A DNA stretch of 64,000 bases from Octopus sinensis (taxonomy: Eukaryota), in NCBI RefSeq assembly GCF_006345805.1, contig NC_043014.1:38750001-38814000 (forward strand), in the 5' to 3' direction. Positions 37,270 to 49,977 of the stretch are shown in pieces. The position numbers were made by a program, and so were the translations under genes. The notes beneath the pieces are model-generated. The model did not search any database. It had not been told where the DNA came from and saw only the letters and a program-made list of their open reading frames with translations. Every line of letters begins with the position of its first letter. Positions within the stretch are counted from its first letter, which is position 1.

Positions 37270-37486
37270 CGAGGGGACGCTGAAAAGATCCTGGTTTTGG
37301 GTTAAAAAAATACAGGAGGATCAGTTAATTATGATTTTATTCAACATATTCCCCTCTCAGATTCACACGCTTATTGCAGTGGCCCTTCAGTTTTTCTAAG
37401 CCCTGTAAAAGAACTCGGAATTTTGGGCCTCGAAACAGGCCTTTCATGATACCCCTAAAGCTAGGAACTTTTCAGCACCCCCTTTG
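37270..37486. mobile_element. Mariner-type MITE, copy 2
   Basis: TA TSD and ~25-bp TIRs; homologous to 34024-34240. Confidence 0.85.
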
Positions 37487-37552
37487 TAAACTGTGTCAGT
37501 AGCCTGTTAGATGGAGTGTTCATGTTTCTCATGTATCATGGACTTAATCCAA

Positions 37553-37787
37553 ATACTCTCTTTACTCTTTTACTTGTTTCAGTCATTTGACTGTGGCCAT
37601 GCTGGAGCATTGTCTTTAGTCAAGCAAATCGACCCCAGGACTTATTCTTTTGTAAGCCCAGCACTTATTCTATCAGTCACTTTTGCTGAACTGCTAAGTT
37701 ACAGGGAAGTAAACACACCAGCATCGGTTGTCAAGCGATGTTTGGGGGACAAACATAGACACACAAACATATATGCACACATACATA

Positions 37788-37827
<40 letters not shown>

Positions 37828-37996
37828 CACACACGACGGGCTTCTTTCAGTTTCCATCTACCAAATCCACTCACAAGGCTTTGGCCGGCCCAATGCTATA
37901 GTAGAAGGAACTTGCCCAAGGTGCCATGCAGTGGGACTGAACCAGGAACCATGTGGTCCGTAAGCAAGCCACTTACCACACACCCACTCCTATGCC
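37553..37996 (-). mobile_element. SINE family A
   Basis: Full-length family consensus. Confidence 0.9.
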
Positions 37997-38106
37997 TAAA
38001 ATGTTGATTTAACACCAACACTTAGATCTTTAATGCTTTTAGTAAAGTCTGCCCCGGGTTAAATCCCCAGGAAAAGAGCAACATCCTCCTTTTCTTTTCC
38101 TCCCAG

Positions 38107-38156
38107 TCTCAATGGCCATAGAAAAGGTCACAGGTGCCGCCACCCCACCTCCTGCT
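38107..38156 (+). CDS. Candidate exon, plus strand (50 nt; LNGHRKGHRCRHPTSC or SMAIEKVTGAATPPPA)
   Basis: cctccttttcttttcctcccAG acceptor and GTAAGT donor; frame unresolved. Confidence 0.45.
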
Positions 38157-39056
38157 GTAAGTATTTTTTTAAAAAATGACATACTAAATAAATAAAATAA
38201 AAACAGCAGTAGGTTTAGTCTAATCACCTTCACTTAATTGCCAATGCAATAATTTCAAAAATACTTGTTACAGACACACAACCTACCACATTTACATACA
38301 CACCCTACTAAACACATCCTACCACACACAAACTCACACACCCTACTACGCACACATACCCACAAACACTTCGACTACACATACATGCATGCCCATGCCC
38401 ATGTAAACATATACACACAGAAATGTGCAGTCTTTGACCCAGGCATTACAATAATATGTCTAATCTCTATTACAGCAGGTGCTATTAATTCTTTCATTCG
38501 TTTATTTGGAAAAACAGTGGCAAGTAATTAACTCTGTTTGAAATGTGTTTTTTTTTTCTTTGGGAATGTAATTTAACCAAATATAGAAATAACAACAAAA
38601 AAAAAATGCCAAGACATTTTGATGGGAAATTCTTTATACTTGCATTTTATTATTAAACTGTTTTACAGACTGCAGTAGAATTGCAGTGCAGTGATTGCAG
38701 AACCTATGGCATACGTGTCAGCAGTGACATGCCACTGGGGTATTTTAGGTTGTCATGTAATGGACTCTGATAGACAAGAGAAAAAAAAACTTCCAACAAT
38801 ATCATGTTACTAAAAGTTTATCCATAATCATTTACCTAGCTGAAGAAATTACATGTAGACATGCAAGTGACACTACAATAACAGGATTATTAAAGAACTA
38901 ACATTTCAACATGCCAGCTTAAAAGGTTCACCATCACTGTTCTTTTGTATATAATACTAGCAAAGAAATGAAACCAAGTTAATGAAATGGAAAATACAAT
39001 GACGAATACAATGGCTTCAAATTTTGGCACAAGCCAGCAACTTTAGAAGGTTGTTG

Positions 39057-39514
39057 GGATCTTTTCCTTTTGATAGCCAGATTTCAACACAATTCATACG
39101 TATACGGAAAGCGTGTGTTACGGAAAGTATGTGTGTAAAATTATAGAATTATTTTGATTGTTAATTGTTTAAATCACTTTCCATTGCTTTCAGGCTTTTT
39201 TACACGCGTAACAATTAAATTAATTTAACAATTAAGAAAAAAAAAATTAGGGTTAGGGTTAGGGTTAGTTACAGGATGTTGTCTCAGTTTTAGACGCAGC
39301 AAATGTTGTTTACATCAAATGGAGGTAATCGATTGGTTAAAATTGCCAAAATGCTTGGATTTTCAGACGAAATATCTTACAACATATAGAATTTTCTCAA
39401 TAAAGCCAAGAAAAAATGATGTCTTATAAACACATTCTACCAGTATACGAAGTTTAAAAGTGTTTAGTTAACTAGAAATTGTGTTGAAATCTGGCTATCA
39501 AAAGGAAAAGATCC
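39057..39514. mobile_element. MITE with perfect 38-bp TIRs, 8-bp TSD and internal (TTAGGG)3
   Basis: TIR ggatcttttccttttgatagccagatttcaacacaatt; TSD GGTTGTTG at 39049-39056 and 39515-39522. Confidence 0.9.
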
Positions 39515-39537
39515 GGTTGTTGTTAGTCAATAACATC

Positions 39538-40561
39538 AACCTTGTTGCAAATTCTACTTCCTATAACCGATCGGGTTTGGCCATCTCTCAGCCATCAGCA
39601 AACACACCAATGATAACACAGAATGCCGCCACCTGAATGCTGACATATTGGCCAAATCTGAGGACTTTACCAGATCATGTCACTGGTAGTAGCAACAGGT
39701 GATGTGTACAAAGGGCAGGAGCATGGTTGATGTGGGCTGATGACCCACACCTACTGGGAATTCCTCATTCACAGGGTTCATTCCAGGTCCAAATTCCAAA
39801 GATCAATGATCAGGTTCAAAAGTTTCCCGAGTCAGTTTCCACTGATACCTCCTATGTAGCATGCATGTGGCTCTGGACATCTAAGGGCATCACAAACCTG
39901 TTACTGCTTCACCTTGTGCAGTTTTTTTCCACCTGTCCATCTAAGAAATGCTGCATTTGCCAATTGAGTGACCTGGATGTGATGGTGTACCACTGCCATG
40001 TTTGCACAGACCGAGTCAACTGGATTACTACTACTCCTCCACAACTGATGCTGCAACCATGCCGTGATCACCAGTGAGGGCAACTGGACATGGCTGCAAC
40101 ACTACACTCAAAAGAGAGCTGTGGTAATAGCAAGCCCAGGCTACACATGGAGCTACCATTGATGGCTTCAGCACAACCATGTCACCAGAAAAATACTAAT
40201 CTATGCACTAGTTAGCAGTCCAGAGACTCATTTGTCATCAGAAATGACCAGACAAGGTGGCGAGCTGGCAGAAACGTTAGTATGCTGGGCAAAATGCTTA
40301 GTGGTATTTCATCTGCCACTACGTTCTCAGCTCAAATTCCACCGAGGTCAACTTTGCCTTTCATCCTTTCGGGGTCGATTAAATAAGTACCAGTTACAAA
40401 CTGGGGTTGATATAATCGACTTAATCTGTTTGTCTGCCCTTGTTTGTTCCCTCTGTGTGTAGCCCCTTGTGGGCAGTAAAGAAATAAGAAACAACCAGAC
40501 AGATTGCTCCACCAACTGAGAACAGCCAAGCACCACCACCCATCAAATCAAGAAAGAGCTA
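39538..40561 (-). pseudogene. 18S rRNA pseudogene fragment (3' part), interrupted by a SINE
   Basis: Colinear matches to antisense 18S landmarks: aaccttgtt..tacttcct, ggtagtagc..gtgtacaaagggcagg, tactgggaattcctc, ggacatctaagggcatcaca, actagttagc..accagacaa, gctccaccaact..gcaccaccaccca..aagaaagagct; heavy CpG decay. Confidence 0.9.
40256..40493 (+). mobile_element. MetaSINE-like SINE (family B) with TSD ACCAGACA
   Basis: tRNA-like head, gaggtcaactttgcctttcatcctttcggggtcgat core (Meta-like, from memory); TSD at 40247-40254 and 40494-40501. Other B copies near 760, 1245, 3380, 9525, 10955, 12590, 12845, 18990, 30850, 44880, 46925, 47170, 53480. Confidence 0.85.
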
Positions 40562-42243
40562 ACTAAAATGGTACTTTATTTCATCAATGCTGAAAGAATG
40601 AAGGGAAAAGTCAACTTTGGCAGAATCTGAACTCACTGTAACAAGTCAGAAGAAAAGCCACAAAGCATTTTTCCCCCAACAGTGTAACAATTCTGCCAAC
40701 TCAGCACCATTATTGAATAATATAATGGTAACAATACTTAGTGAGATTACTGAACCAAAATCACAAAGAAAACCCATAGAAAATTATCTGCAAGAGAATA
40801 GGAATAGGCAGCATGGACCTGCTTTTGCTATTTTAGGTGCCTTTGTAGTCGTGGGCAGATACAGATGCCCTCTCGACCCTCTCATCCTTGAACCAATGGA
40901 ATATCAAGGATGTGACAGCTGTAGAAAGAAAGACCTGCACCAGTGCTCAGCAGGTGCTCATTTCAGCTGAGCAAACAGGAGTGATGTGAAATGAAGTGTC
41001 ATGCTCAAGGGCACAACTTGATGCTAAGTCTGGAACTAGAACCCACAATCTTAAGATTATGAGATGAAGACCTTAACCACAAGGCCACATACCTTCACTA
41101 ACGAACCATAAATAACGATTGTTGATTACTTAGATAGGTTCAAAGCCAAAGATTTTGGAGGGAGTGTATAGCTGATTATAACTACCCAATAATATTTGCT
41201 TTTTACCCTATGTGGAGGAAACAAAGTTGACTCTGGTGAGATTTGAACCAAGAACTCAGAATACTTTTGTTTTAAACAGGTAGTAGGTCAATCTTTGTCG
41301 GCAAGGAGTATACATGCTTAAATCAAGCCCAGCATGCTACTGGTACTTCCATGTGGAAGGCAATTATACCTAAGAAAGAAATTGTTACTGTGCATATAAC
41401 TATTATTCCAACATTTGAATTTAATTATAAAATATTAATGATTATTAATATAATAAATATTAATTGTTAACATGATTATAATATGATGGTGATTGGTTCT
41501 TTTATGTCTTCAGTTAAACAGAGACAGTATGTTCATCATGAAAATCATTATTTTTAACATCTACTTTTCTATGTTTGCATGGATCAGATGAGAGTACATT
41601 GGAGCAGAGTGTTTTAAAGCCAGAATCCCTTCCTGATGCTGATCCCTACATTGTTTCCACACAAGATAATAATCTCAGTCTATCAAACAACAAACAGCTT
41701 ACACAGGTTTATGATGAAAACCGGGATGGTGGCACATAAAAAGCACCTTTCAAGCATTGGGCTTCACAGAGGCAATAACAAACGACCAAGACTTTTGGCA
41801 AAATACTGTGCTTGAGAAGAAAACCCATCAAGCCAAATTGTAGTTGTGGCAAATACTGGTGTCATGCAACTGACACCCATACCAGTGATATGCAAAAGCA
41901 CTGATTACTCTTGGAATGGTTGGTGATAGGAAGAGCATCCAGCTGTAGAAACCATACCTAATCAGACAGGAGACTGGTGCAACCCCTCAGCTTACCAGCC
42001 CTGATCAAACCGTCCAACCCATGCTAATATAGACAGTGGATGTTAAATGATGATTTTACAGACAAGCAAAAAATTTTGATTACAGTATAACTGTGAAAAC
42101 AGCAGAAAGATTGAGGAAATATCCTTAGAAGATGGGGAAAAGTTGCCAGCTGACGGCTATGGGAATTGAACCTGTACCCCTCAGATACCAGCTGAGCTAC
42201 TCCTGTAGCTGCCTTCTGGCAAAAAGTCAACAAGTTATTTAAC

Positions 42244-42392
42244 TTAATGGGTGACTTGTTTTCAGTGGTGAAGACTTATGCTGGACCAGGCACATGTTTG
42301 GAAAATGTTGATGGCGGAAAGATGGTGCAAAAGTCTGCCACAAATTCAATGGACAACATACCTCAGGTTTTTCTCTTAGAGTTCTCCATCTC
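42244..42392 (-). CDS. Weak candidate exon, minus-strand chain (RWRTLREKPEVCC...SHPL)
   Basis: 149 nt open, phase 2 to 1 bridges the 46026 and 32293 exons; splice sites poor. Confidence 0.2.
42266..42366 (+). CDS. Weak candidate exon, plus strand (VKTYAGPGTCLENVDGGKMVQKSATNSMDNIPQ)
   Basis: cttgttttcAG acceptor; CAG|GTTTTT donor weak; phase 1 to 0. Confidence 0.3.
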
Positions 42393-43093
42393 CTGGGTTA
42401 TCTTACGTACACATGCATACATACATTTGCATGTGTGTGTGTGTGTCTTTTACACAGATTAAATAGAAAACAATGACCGAAAAGGAAGAAGTCCTGTGTC
42501 TAGGTAAACACATCTGGCTCATTACTAAGCTGTCTCAGGCAGAACAGAGAGAGAGTGTGTCTAAGTGTAAGAAAACACATCTGTTGTGTTGTAATTTTCA
42601 ATACTGAGTGATTTGAACCAGCAAGTGTTAATGTATGTGATAAATACACCTGGTCGTTCTCAGTTGAATCTAGTTTATTGTCATTGACAATGAAGTGTGT
42701 GACTTTTTAAATGACAGGTAATTATTGCACATAATAATTAAGATACCTTTCTTGTCCTTCGCCTTTGTTCTCAACTTTTCAAACCATTATAGTGCTATGA
42801 GATGGAAAATTGTTACAAGGCTGAGAGGTTTGGTCCCACAATTAAAACACTCAACACTCACTTCACTAAGCTGCTGTTTAGCCCTAGCTCAACTCTCATC
42901 TGGGACACTATGGCTGATCAGAGTTATTCCTGCTGTGAATATCTTGCATAGACTATCTTGCCTATCTTGCATTTTTTGTAAGAACCTGAGCATCTAATGC
43001 AATGGTCCTCAATCAGGTTCCATATGACTCTTAGGGTCATATACAAGATTTTGCTGTTATAAAATAATGTGCAATAAATTGGTTACACTTCTA

Positions 43094-43266
43094 GGCATAG
43101 GAGTGGCTGTGTGGTAAGTAGCTTGCTTATGAACCACATGGTTCCAGGTTCAGTCCCACTGTGTGACACCTTGGGCAAGTGTCTTCTACTATAGCCTCGG
43201 GCCAACCAAAGCCTTGTGAGTGGATTTGGTGGACGGAAACTGAAAGAAGCCCGTCATATATATGTG

Positions 43267-43327
<61 letters not shown>

Positions 43328-43397
43328 GTGTGTATATGTTTGTGTATCTGTGTTTGTCCCCCCAACATCGCTTGACAACCGATTCTGGTGTGTTTAC
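43094..43397 (+). mobile_element. SINE family A, 3'-truncated
   Basis: Head and microsatellite middle match the family. Confidence 0.85.
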
Positions 43398-44300
43398 AAA
43401 TAGAGACTCGGACATTGCTTAGAAAATATTTTTCACTTTTAACCTCGTATATAATACGCACTAGGGATTTTGACCTTTAAATTTTGGGGAAAAAATGCGG
43501 ATTATACGCGAGGATTTATGGTACACAGCATTTGAAACTGGAACGATGTGATTGAAAAAATGAACCTGTTAACCACATCGCTGAGCTAGGATTACGATCA
43601 TGATGGTGATGATGACAACAGTGATAAAACATTCCTCCACATCTTGGGGTAGTGAGGAATGTTGGGGGTGGAAGTGAATGGGACCTTTCTAGTATCTCAT
43701 AACCTAGATATATTTCTTTTCACAATTAAAGGAATAGAAGAAAAACAAAAGAAGGAGGAAGGGGGTGCCTGGGCATTAATCAAGCCGCATTGAGGAGATT
43801 AATATAATAAACACTAAACTGATAGAGACTACTACAAACAGGTTTCCATGTTGTTTAGTTTGGTAGATTTAAATATACACCACAGCTGAGAGAAAAAAAA
43901 AATTACTTTCTATAGCAATTCTATAGCAATCAATTTAATTTTCTTTTTTTTTTTTTGTTTTTTTGTTTTTTGCCATTTTTATTAGTGTCTAAAAATTAGT
44001 TGAAATCCAAGCATTTTTTCCCTCACACCTACATAAACGTACTGAAAAAGAAGAAATCAAAATAAAAGTAATTAATAATAATAATAAAACAAAACAGGAT
44101 GACACTGATAAATTCTATGTACAGATTACATGTTTCTTAGTACAGGACGTAAAGGGAAATATAAAACCTTCAAGATGAATGAGTTCACTATAAAAGTACG
44201 CATGGTTCTTATGTGGTTATATAAGAAAGAATCCAGGTGCGGACAAACAATGAATGGCTTCTGTCTTCTATTCTATTCTTACTGATGTTAGTCAGTCCAA

Positions 44301-44700
44301 TGTGGAAGCGCAATGGCCCAGTGGTTAGGGCAGTGGACTCGCGGTCATAGGATCGCGGTTTCGAATCCCAGACCGGGTGTTGTGAGTGTTTATTGAGAGA
44401 AAACACCTTAAAGCTCCACGAGGCTCCGGCAGGGATGGTGGTGATCCCTGCTGTACTCTTTCACCACAACTTTCTCTCACTCTTACTTCCTGTTTCTGTT
44501 GTACCTGTATTTCAAGGGGCCGGCCTTGTCACTCTCTGTGTAACACTGAATATCCCCAAGAACTACGTTAAGGGTGCACGTGTCTGTGGAGTGCTCAGCC
44601 ACTTACACGTTAATTTCACGAGCAGGCTGTTCCGTTGATTCGGATCAACCGGAACCCTCATCGTCGTAACCGATGGAGTGCTAGAAAGAAAGATAGAAAA
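44301..44700 (+). mobile_element. SINE family C, tail type 2, 11-bp TSD
   Basis: TSD AGTCAGTCCAA at 44290-44300 and 44701-44711. Confidence 0.9.
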
Positions 44701-44877
44701 AGTCAGTCCAACACGGCCATGCTGGAGCATTGCCTTAAATCGACCCCAAGTATTCTTTTCTTTTTTCTTTTTTTTTCTTGAAGTCCAGTACTTGATTTAT
44801 CAACAACTTTTCGCCAAACTGCTAAGTTACAAGGACATAATCAAACCAACACCAGTTATCGAATGGTAGGGGAACTG

Positions 44878-45110
44878 GTGGAAAGCTGGCAGAAACGTTA
44901 GCATGCCGGGCGAAATGCTTAACGGTATTTTGTCTGCAATTACGTTGTGAGTTCAAATTCCGCCGAGGTCGACTTTGCCTTTCATCCTTTCGGGGTTGAT
45001 AAATTAAGTACCAGTTACGCAGTGGGGTCGATGTAATCGACTTAATACCTATGTCTGTCCTTGTTTGCCCCCTCTGTGTTTAGCCCCTTGTGGGTAATAA
45101 AGAAATAGGT
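44878..45110 (+). mobile_element. MetaSINE-like family B, full length
   Basis: Head, Meta-like core and tail agccccttgtgggtaataaagaaata. Confidence 0.85.
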
Positions 45111-46025
45111 AAGGGGAACAACCCAAAGATGTGCGCACACACACACACACACACTGAACAACCTTTCACACAATTTCCTTCAATGAACTTCAGTTGTTGA
45201 TTACCCTGGGGCAATAGGAAAAGACACTTACTCAAGGTGGAGCTCCTTGGAACTGAACCTGAAGCTACATGCTTACAAAATACACTTCTTAACTGCACAG
45301 CCATGTCTGCACACACACACACATATATATATATTAATATATATATATTCGGTTGTATAATGTAAATATATATATTAATATATATAAATATATATATTAA
45401 TGTGTATAATGTAAATATATTTGGTTGTTCATTTTTACATCCAAAATTCTATGCTAGCATGGGTTAGACAAATGTATATTATACACTCACAACAGGTTTC
45501 AGTACAGTTTCTGCCCACCAAATTTTTTTGATAGGTTTTAGTTAGTCTAAGGCTAAGGTAGAAAAATACTTGCCCCAAAATGCTGTGCAGAAAGATTAAA
45601 CAAGGAAAACTACGTAAGACATGATCAAAACTTCTTAACCAGATAACTATGTCTGTTCTGAGTTATTTATGTATTTAATTTTGCTTTTAGTGAGCATAAG
45701 ATGTATGTATAAAAAGGACAAAAGTATAGAAGTTAATGTTATGTGGATAGTCAATAGTTGCATAACAGGAATGGTGGTCAGTGTGGTATTTTAAATAGTT
45801 CAACTGACCTAGTATAAACACTTCAAGTGCTCTTGTACAAAAATCAAAAGACTTTGGTTTATGGAGAGAAGTGGACAGATTTTTATGAAAAAAACACTAG
45901 TTAACCAAGTAATGTCATAGTTTTTTTTCAAAGAACTATACACTTTCTGCTGAGTATAAAACAGCATGACTGTCAACTAGAATTGTTTATTCACAAAACT
46001 AGTAATTGTGCTATGAAATTCTTAC

Positions 46026-46247
46026 ATTCTCTCAATTTCCTGTAATTCAGACTGCCCCATGGTCTCAACAAACAAAATGGAAAAGGTATTTCCCTGGAGA
46101 ATGGTAAGGGAGATGTGCTGGATGGAGATGCACTGCATTTCAAAGAATGCTTGGTTATTCTTCTTAACAAGGCTTAAGATTTTTGTCAAATTGTTTGTGA
46201 TGAAGTTAGCCCTAGTCGGGGCCAGGTGAGGCATGGATTGTGCAGAC
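46026..46247 (-). CDS. Candidate exon, minus-strand chain (SAQSMPHLAPTRANFITNNLTKILSLVKKNNQAFFEMQC...ELQEIER)
   Basis: 222 nt open, ctgtAG acceptor, AAT|GTAAGA donor, phase 2 to 2; overlaps the plus candidate. Confidence 0.4.
46051..46103 (+). CDS. Candidate exon, plus-strand chain (LPHGLNKQNGKGISLEN)
   Basis: ctcaatttcctgtaattcAG acceptor, ATG|GTAAGG donor, phase 2 to 1. Confidence 0.45.
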
Positions 46248-46439
46248 CTACAGAATTCTCAGTAGTTCTATTTAGAACAAACTCCACCTTAAGATATACT
46301 ATGTAGAAAGTGTAAGTTTTAAACTTGGCTTCAACAGGCTTTAGAATACACCAAAAGTTTTCTCTTTTAAATCAATTTTTGTGAACCTATGGATAAATCA
46401 AAAATTCATGTTAATGGCTTGTTAACATCATGGTATTAG

Positions 46440-46532
46440 ATGCAATAGGAAGTGAGGTGATCGACACACTACTAAAAGAATATGAGGATAATAGAAGGAA
46501 CACACAAAACCTCCAGCTCAGCACTTGGAGAG
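46440..46532 (+). CDS. Candidate exon, plus-strand chain (AIGSEVIDTLLKEYEDNRRNTQNLQLSTWR)
   Basis: 93 nt open, GAG|GTAAGT consensus donor, phase 1 to 1, joins the previous exon in frame. Confidence 0.5.
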
Positions 46533-48057
46533 GTAAGTGAATACCAGCCAGTACCACAAGTTGCTGGATTGATGATTCTGTAAAGATGCTTTAAGTATGC
46601 TTCAAGCCATACATTCAGGTGGATATCAACATCAACTTTATTACTATTATTATTACTGTGTTATATTGTGCCTTACACTAGCAAACATCTGAAAAGGTGG
46701 GAGCATTAACTATTTTGCTTCTTGGGGAATGAATGCATTCTCATGACCAAAAGGTCCTTGTGAGTGAAACTAAGTGTTGAAGGAAAATGTACAGAAGCCC
46801 ACTGGATGGATTATACAAGTAATTCAATGCTATAGCACCATCACACACACACACACACACACACACATGCATGCAAACACACACACACACACTGTCAAAC
46901 TGATTCTGCCCAAGGATTACATTAAGGTGGCGAGCTGGCAGAATCGTTAGCACGCCAGGCAAAATGCTTAGCAGTATTTCGTCTGCCGCTATGTTCTGAG
47001 TTCAAATTCTGCCTTTGAAATTGAACTCACGTCGACTTTGCCTTTCATCCTTTCGGGGTCGATTAAATAAGTACCAGTTACACACTGGGGTCGATATAAT
47101 CAACTTAATCCGTTTGTCCTTGTTTGTCCTCTCTGTGTTTAGCCCCTTGTGGGTAGTAAAGAAATAGGTATTTCGTCTCCCGATACGTTCCGAGTTCAAA
47201 TTCCGCCGAGGTCGACTTTGCCTTTCATCCTTTCGGGGTTGATTAAATTAAGTACCAGTTATATTAATCGACTTAATCCATTTGTCTGTCCTTGTTTGTC
47301 CTCTCTGTGTTTAGCCCCTTGTGGGTAGTAAAGAAATAGGATTACATTAAGGGTTGAGGTGTCTACGAAATACTCAACCATTTATGTGCCGAATCAATGA
47401 GCAAGTAATTCAATTGACTGGACAACTCAATACTCACTGTCAAAACTAATGGAGATCCTTTTATTTAAATTTGTATAACAGAACCAATTACTCGACTTTT
47501 ATATGATAAAAAGCCATCCATCAACAAGCAATCAGCTCTATTGATGACATTACCAAAATAATCCTGATGGATTCCCATCAATAACATATTTTTCTCTTTT
47601 TGTGATTAAAGCTATAATTGAAAACCAGTTCTGAATGCTTCACCAATATCTCTCTAAACACAAGAGTAGTTTTCTTTGCTTTGGTAATTTTTATTTTATT
47701 TTATTTTTATTATTATTATTATTATTTATTATTTTTTTTTCAAAGAAATTCTGATACAAACTTCACCCTGGCCCTACCAATATCATTTCGGATTGCTAAA
47801 ACACTTGACTTCTATTTAGATGGACGGCCACTTACACTGCCACCTCACTAACAGTCACCTGTCTAAGTACCAGCCTTAGCTTGGCACTGCCTTATCTTCA
47901 GCAATCTGATGGCAGGGAAACCAGCCAGTAGCTTACTGTGCCAATTACCACTGCTAGTCAATAAATTACTCATGTAGAAAAACCAAAAAAAAAAACACTA
48001 CTGCACTAAATTTGGTCAGTTACATACTGAAATACATACGTGCAGTGATAAACTGGC

Positions 48058-48793
48058 ACATTTAAAAAAATTTGTATAAACTATGCCAACTTACAATCTT
48101 CTCATTGGTTATTTCCATAAAAGGTAGCTTCTAGAACTAGAACTAGAAACACATAAAGGAAACACAGACTGTGAACTGAGAGTTCCTCTATGTGGTTGTT
48201 TTACTTTCTAAAAATAGCAACCAAATTTTCCTTAAATCAAACCCACGCTGTCTCAGAGAAGAACACGTTGGATAATATGGTCCTGGACTTCCTGTGAATA
48301 AGAATAAGACAGAAAGGTCATGGTTGGAATGCCTTTGATCAAGCAGGGCTGACTTGGGGTTAAACAACCAAGCCAGTAAAGGAACCTCTACAAGGTTGCT
48401 ATCTCTGCTAGAAATAGCAACCAAATATGCTGACCCATTTAAAAATTTTTGTATAAACTATGCCAACTTTCAATCTTCTCATTGGTTATTTCCATAAAAG
48501 GTAGCTTCTAGCACTAGAAACAGGAACACATAAAGGAAATACAGATTAGACTGTGAACTGAGTGTTCCTCTATGTGGTTGTTTTACTTTCTAAAAATAGC
48601 AACCAAATTTTCCTTAAATCAAACCCACGCTGTCTTAGAGAAGAACACGTTGGATAATATGGTCCTGGACTTCCTGTGAATAAGAATAAGACAGAAAGGT
48701 CATGGTTGGAATACCTTTGATCAAGCAGGGCTGACTTGGGGTTAAACAACCAAGCCAGTAAAGGAACCCCTACATGGTTGCTATCTCTGCTAA
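48058..48793. repeat. Tandem duplication, ~377-382-bp period
   Basis: gtataaactatgccaac at 48074 and 48451; duplicated ORFs 48188 and 48570. Confidence 0.9.
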
Positions 48794-49977
48794 AAAGTAG
48801 AGGAGGGTATAATGAAAAGACATTGGTCATAAAATGTTTTTACTGTTCTGCCCCATAAAAATCCTTCAAAAAGAAGTTGGTTTTTTTTTGGTTTTTTTTT
48901 AAAGAAAATGGCCCCTAGTCTTTATGTTTAGCTTATTTTTCATTTGTGAAAATCTCAAATGGCTAAAATTAGTAATCATATTGTTAAAAAAGCTTAGTCA
49001 TACATCTGATATCACTTTAATTTCAGTCTTGTCCCAGTGAGATGGGCATATTTTCCTAGTCTTGATCTTATTCAAAATAATCACTGCTATATTTATGTGA
49101 AAATGTTTGTTCAACTACAACAAGGTGTATGTAAATGTTATATTAAACAGGTTATTTAAACCAGCTTTGCTTTTGAAATTGTCAAGCTAACTTATCAAGG
49201 GAAAGCTATTTTTGTTCGGCAATAATCACACACATACATACATATGCACACACACAGACATTCCCAAACACATTCATCATTCATACAAACACAAAGAAAC
49301 AATTCTCAAAATAAATTGAAACACAGTAACAATCTTAAACACAATATTGTTTGGGGTTTTCTTTCTCTTCTTTTTTTTTTGTGGGGGGGCTATTTTTTTT
49401 CTTTTTTCTTTTCATATCCTTGAGAACTTTGAAGCAACTCTTTTGGAAAAATTTTTAGGATCATAAAAATTTGATGACATCTATTTATTTCAGTACATTA
49501 GGAAAGTGCCTTTTACTGTAGCCCTGGGCTAACCAAAGCCTTGTGGGTGGGTTTTGACAGAGAGAAATTAAAATACCAAGCATGTATGTATTTACCATTG
49601 TCAATAGTCTATCAGGTGTGAGAGAGATGGTTCAGCAATTTCGTGCTAAACAACCTGCACAGGTGACTTGTTTGTAGAGATCAGATGTTTGTGTTGCACA
49701 TACGTCCACTCCTTCTATCAAATCAACATTGCCTGTACAGGTGCACAGTGTGTCAAAGGTCAAAGTGACTGAGATGAAGAGTTTTGCTCAAGAACACAAC
49801 ACACCGTCTGGTTTGGGAATTGAACCCAGGATCTCGTTACAATAATGAGTGAAAAACTCTAACCACTAGACCATGCACTCATGTGTGTGTGTATGTGTGT
49901 GTGTGATGCCTGTTGCTTAGGGAGTGCACTGGACAGCAATATGCCCTCAATGGTGCACACTCAGATTAACAGTGATA

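Noticed and set aside
39247-39268. Telomere or chromosome-fusion scar
   Set aside because: Only three TTAGGG units, internal to a MITE with TIRs and TSD.
39727-40083. ORFs 39727..40077 (+) and 39901..40083 (-)
   Set aside because: They lie within the 18S rRNA pseudogene.
40839-40915. Plus exon GAFVVVGRYRCPLDPLILEPMEYQG, and terminal-exon candidates near 47510-47850
   Set aside because: Donor weak and several equally plausible alternatives; cannot be distinguished from chance pseudo-exons in AT-rich DNA.
44301-44385. tRNA gene (also the heads of SINE families A, B and E)
   Set aside because: tRNA-like A/B boxes run directly into a multi-copy SINE body with TSDs; no complete cloverleaf evident.
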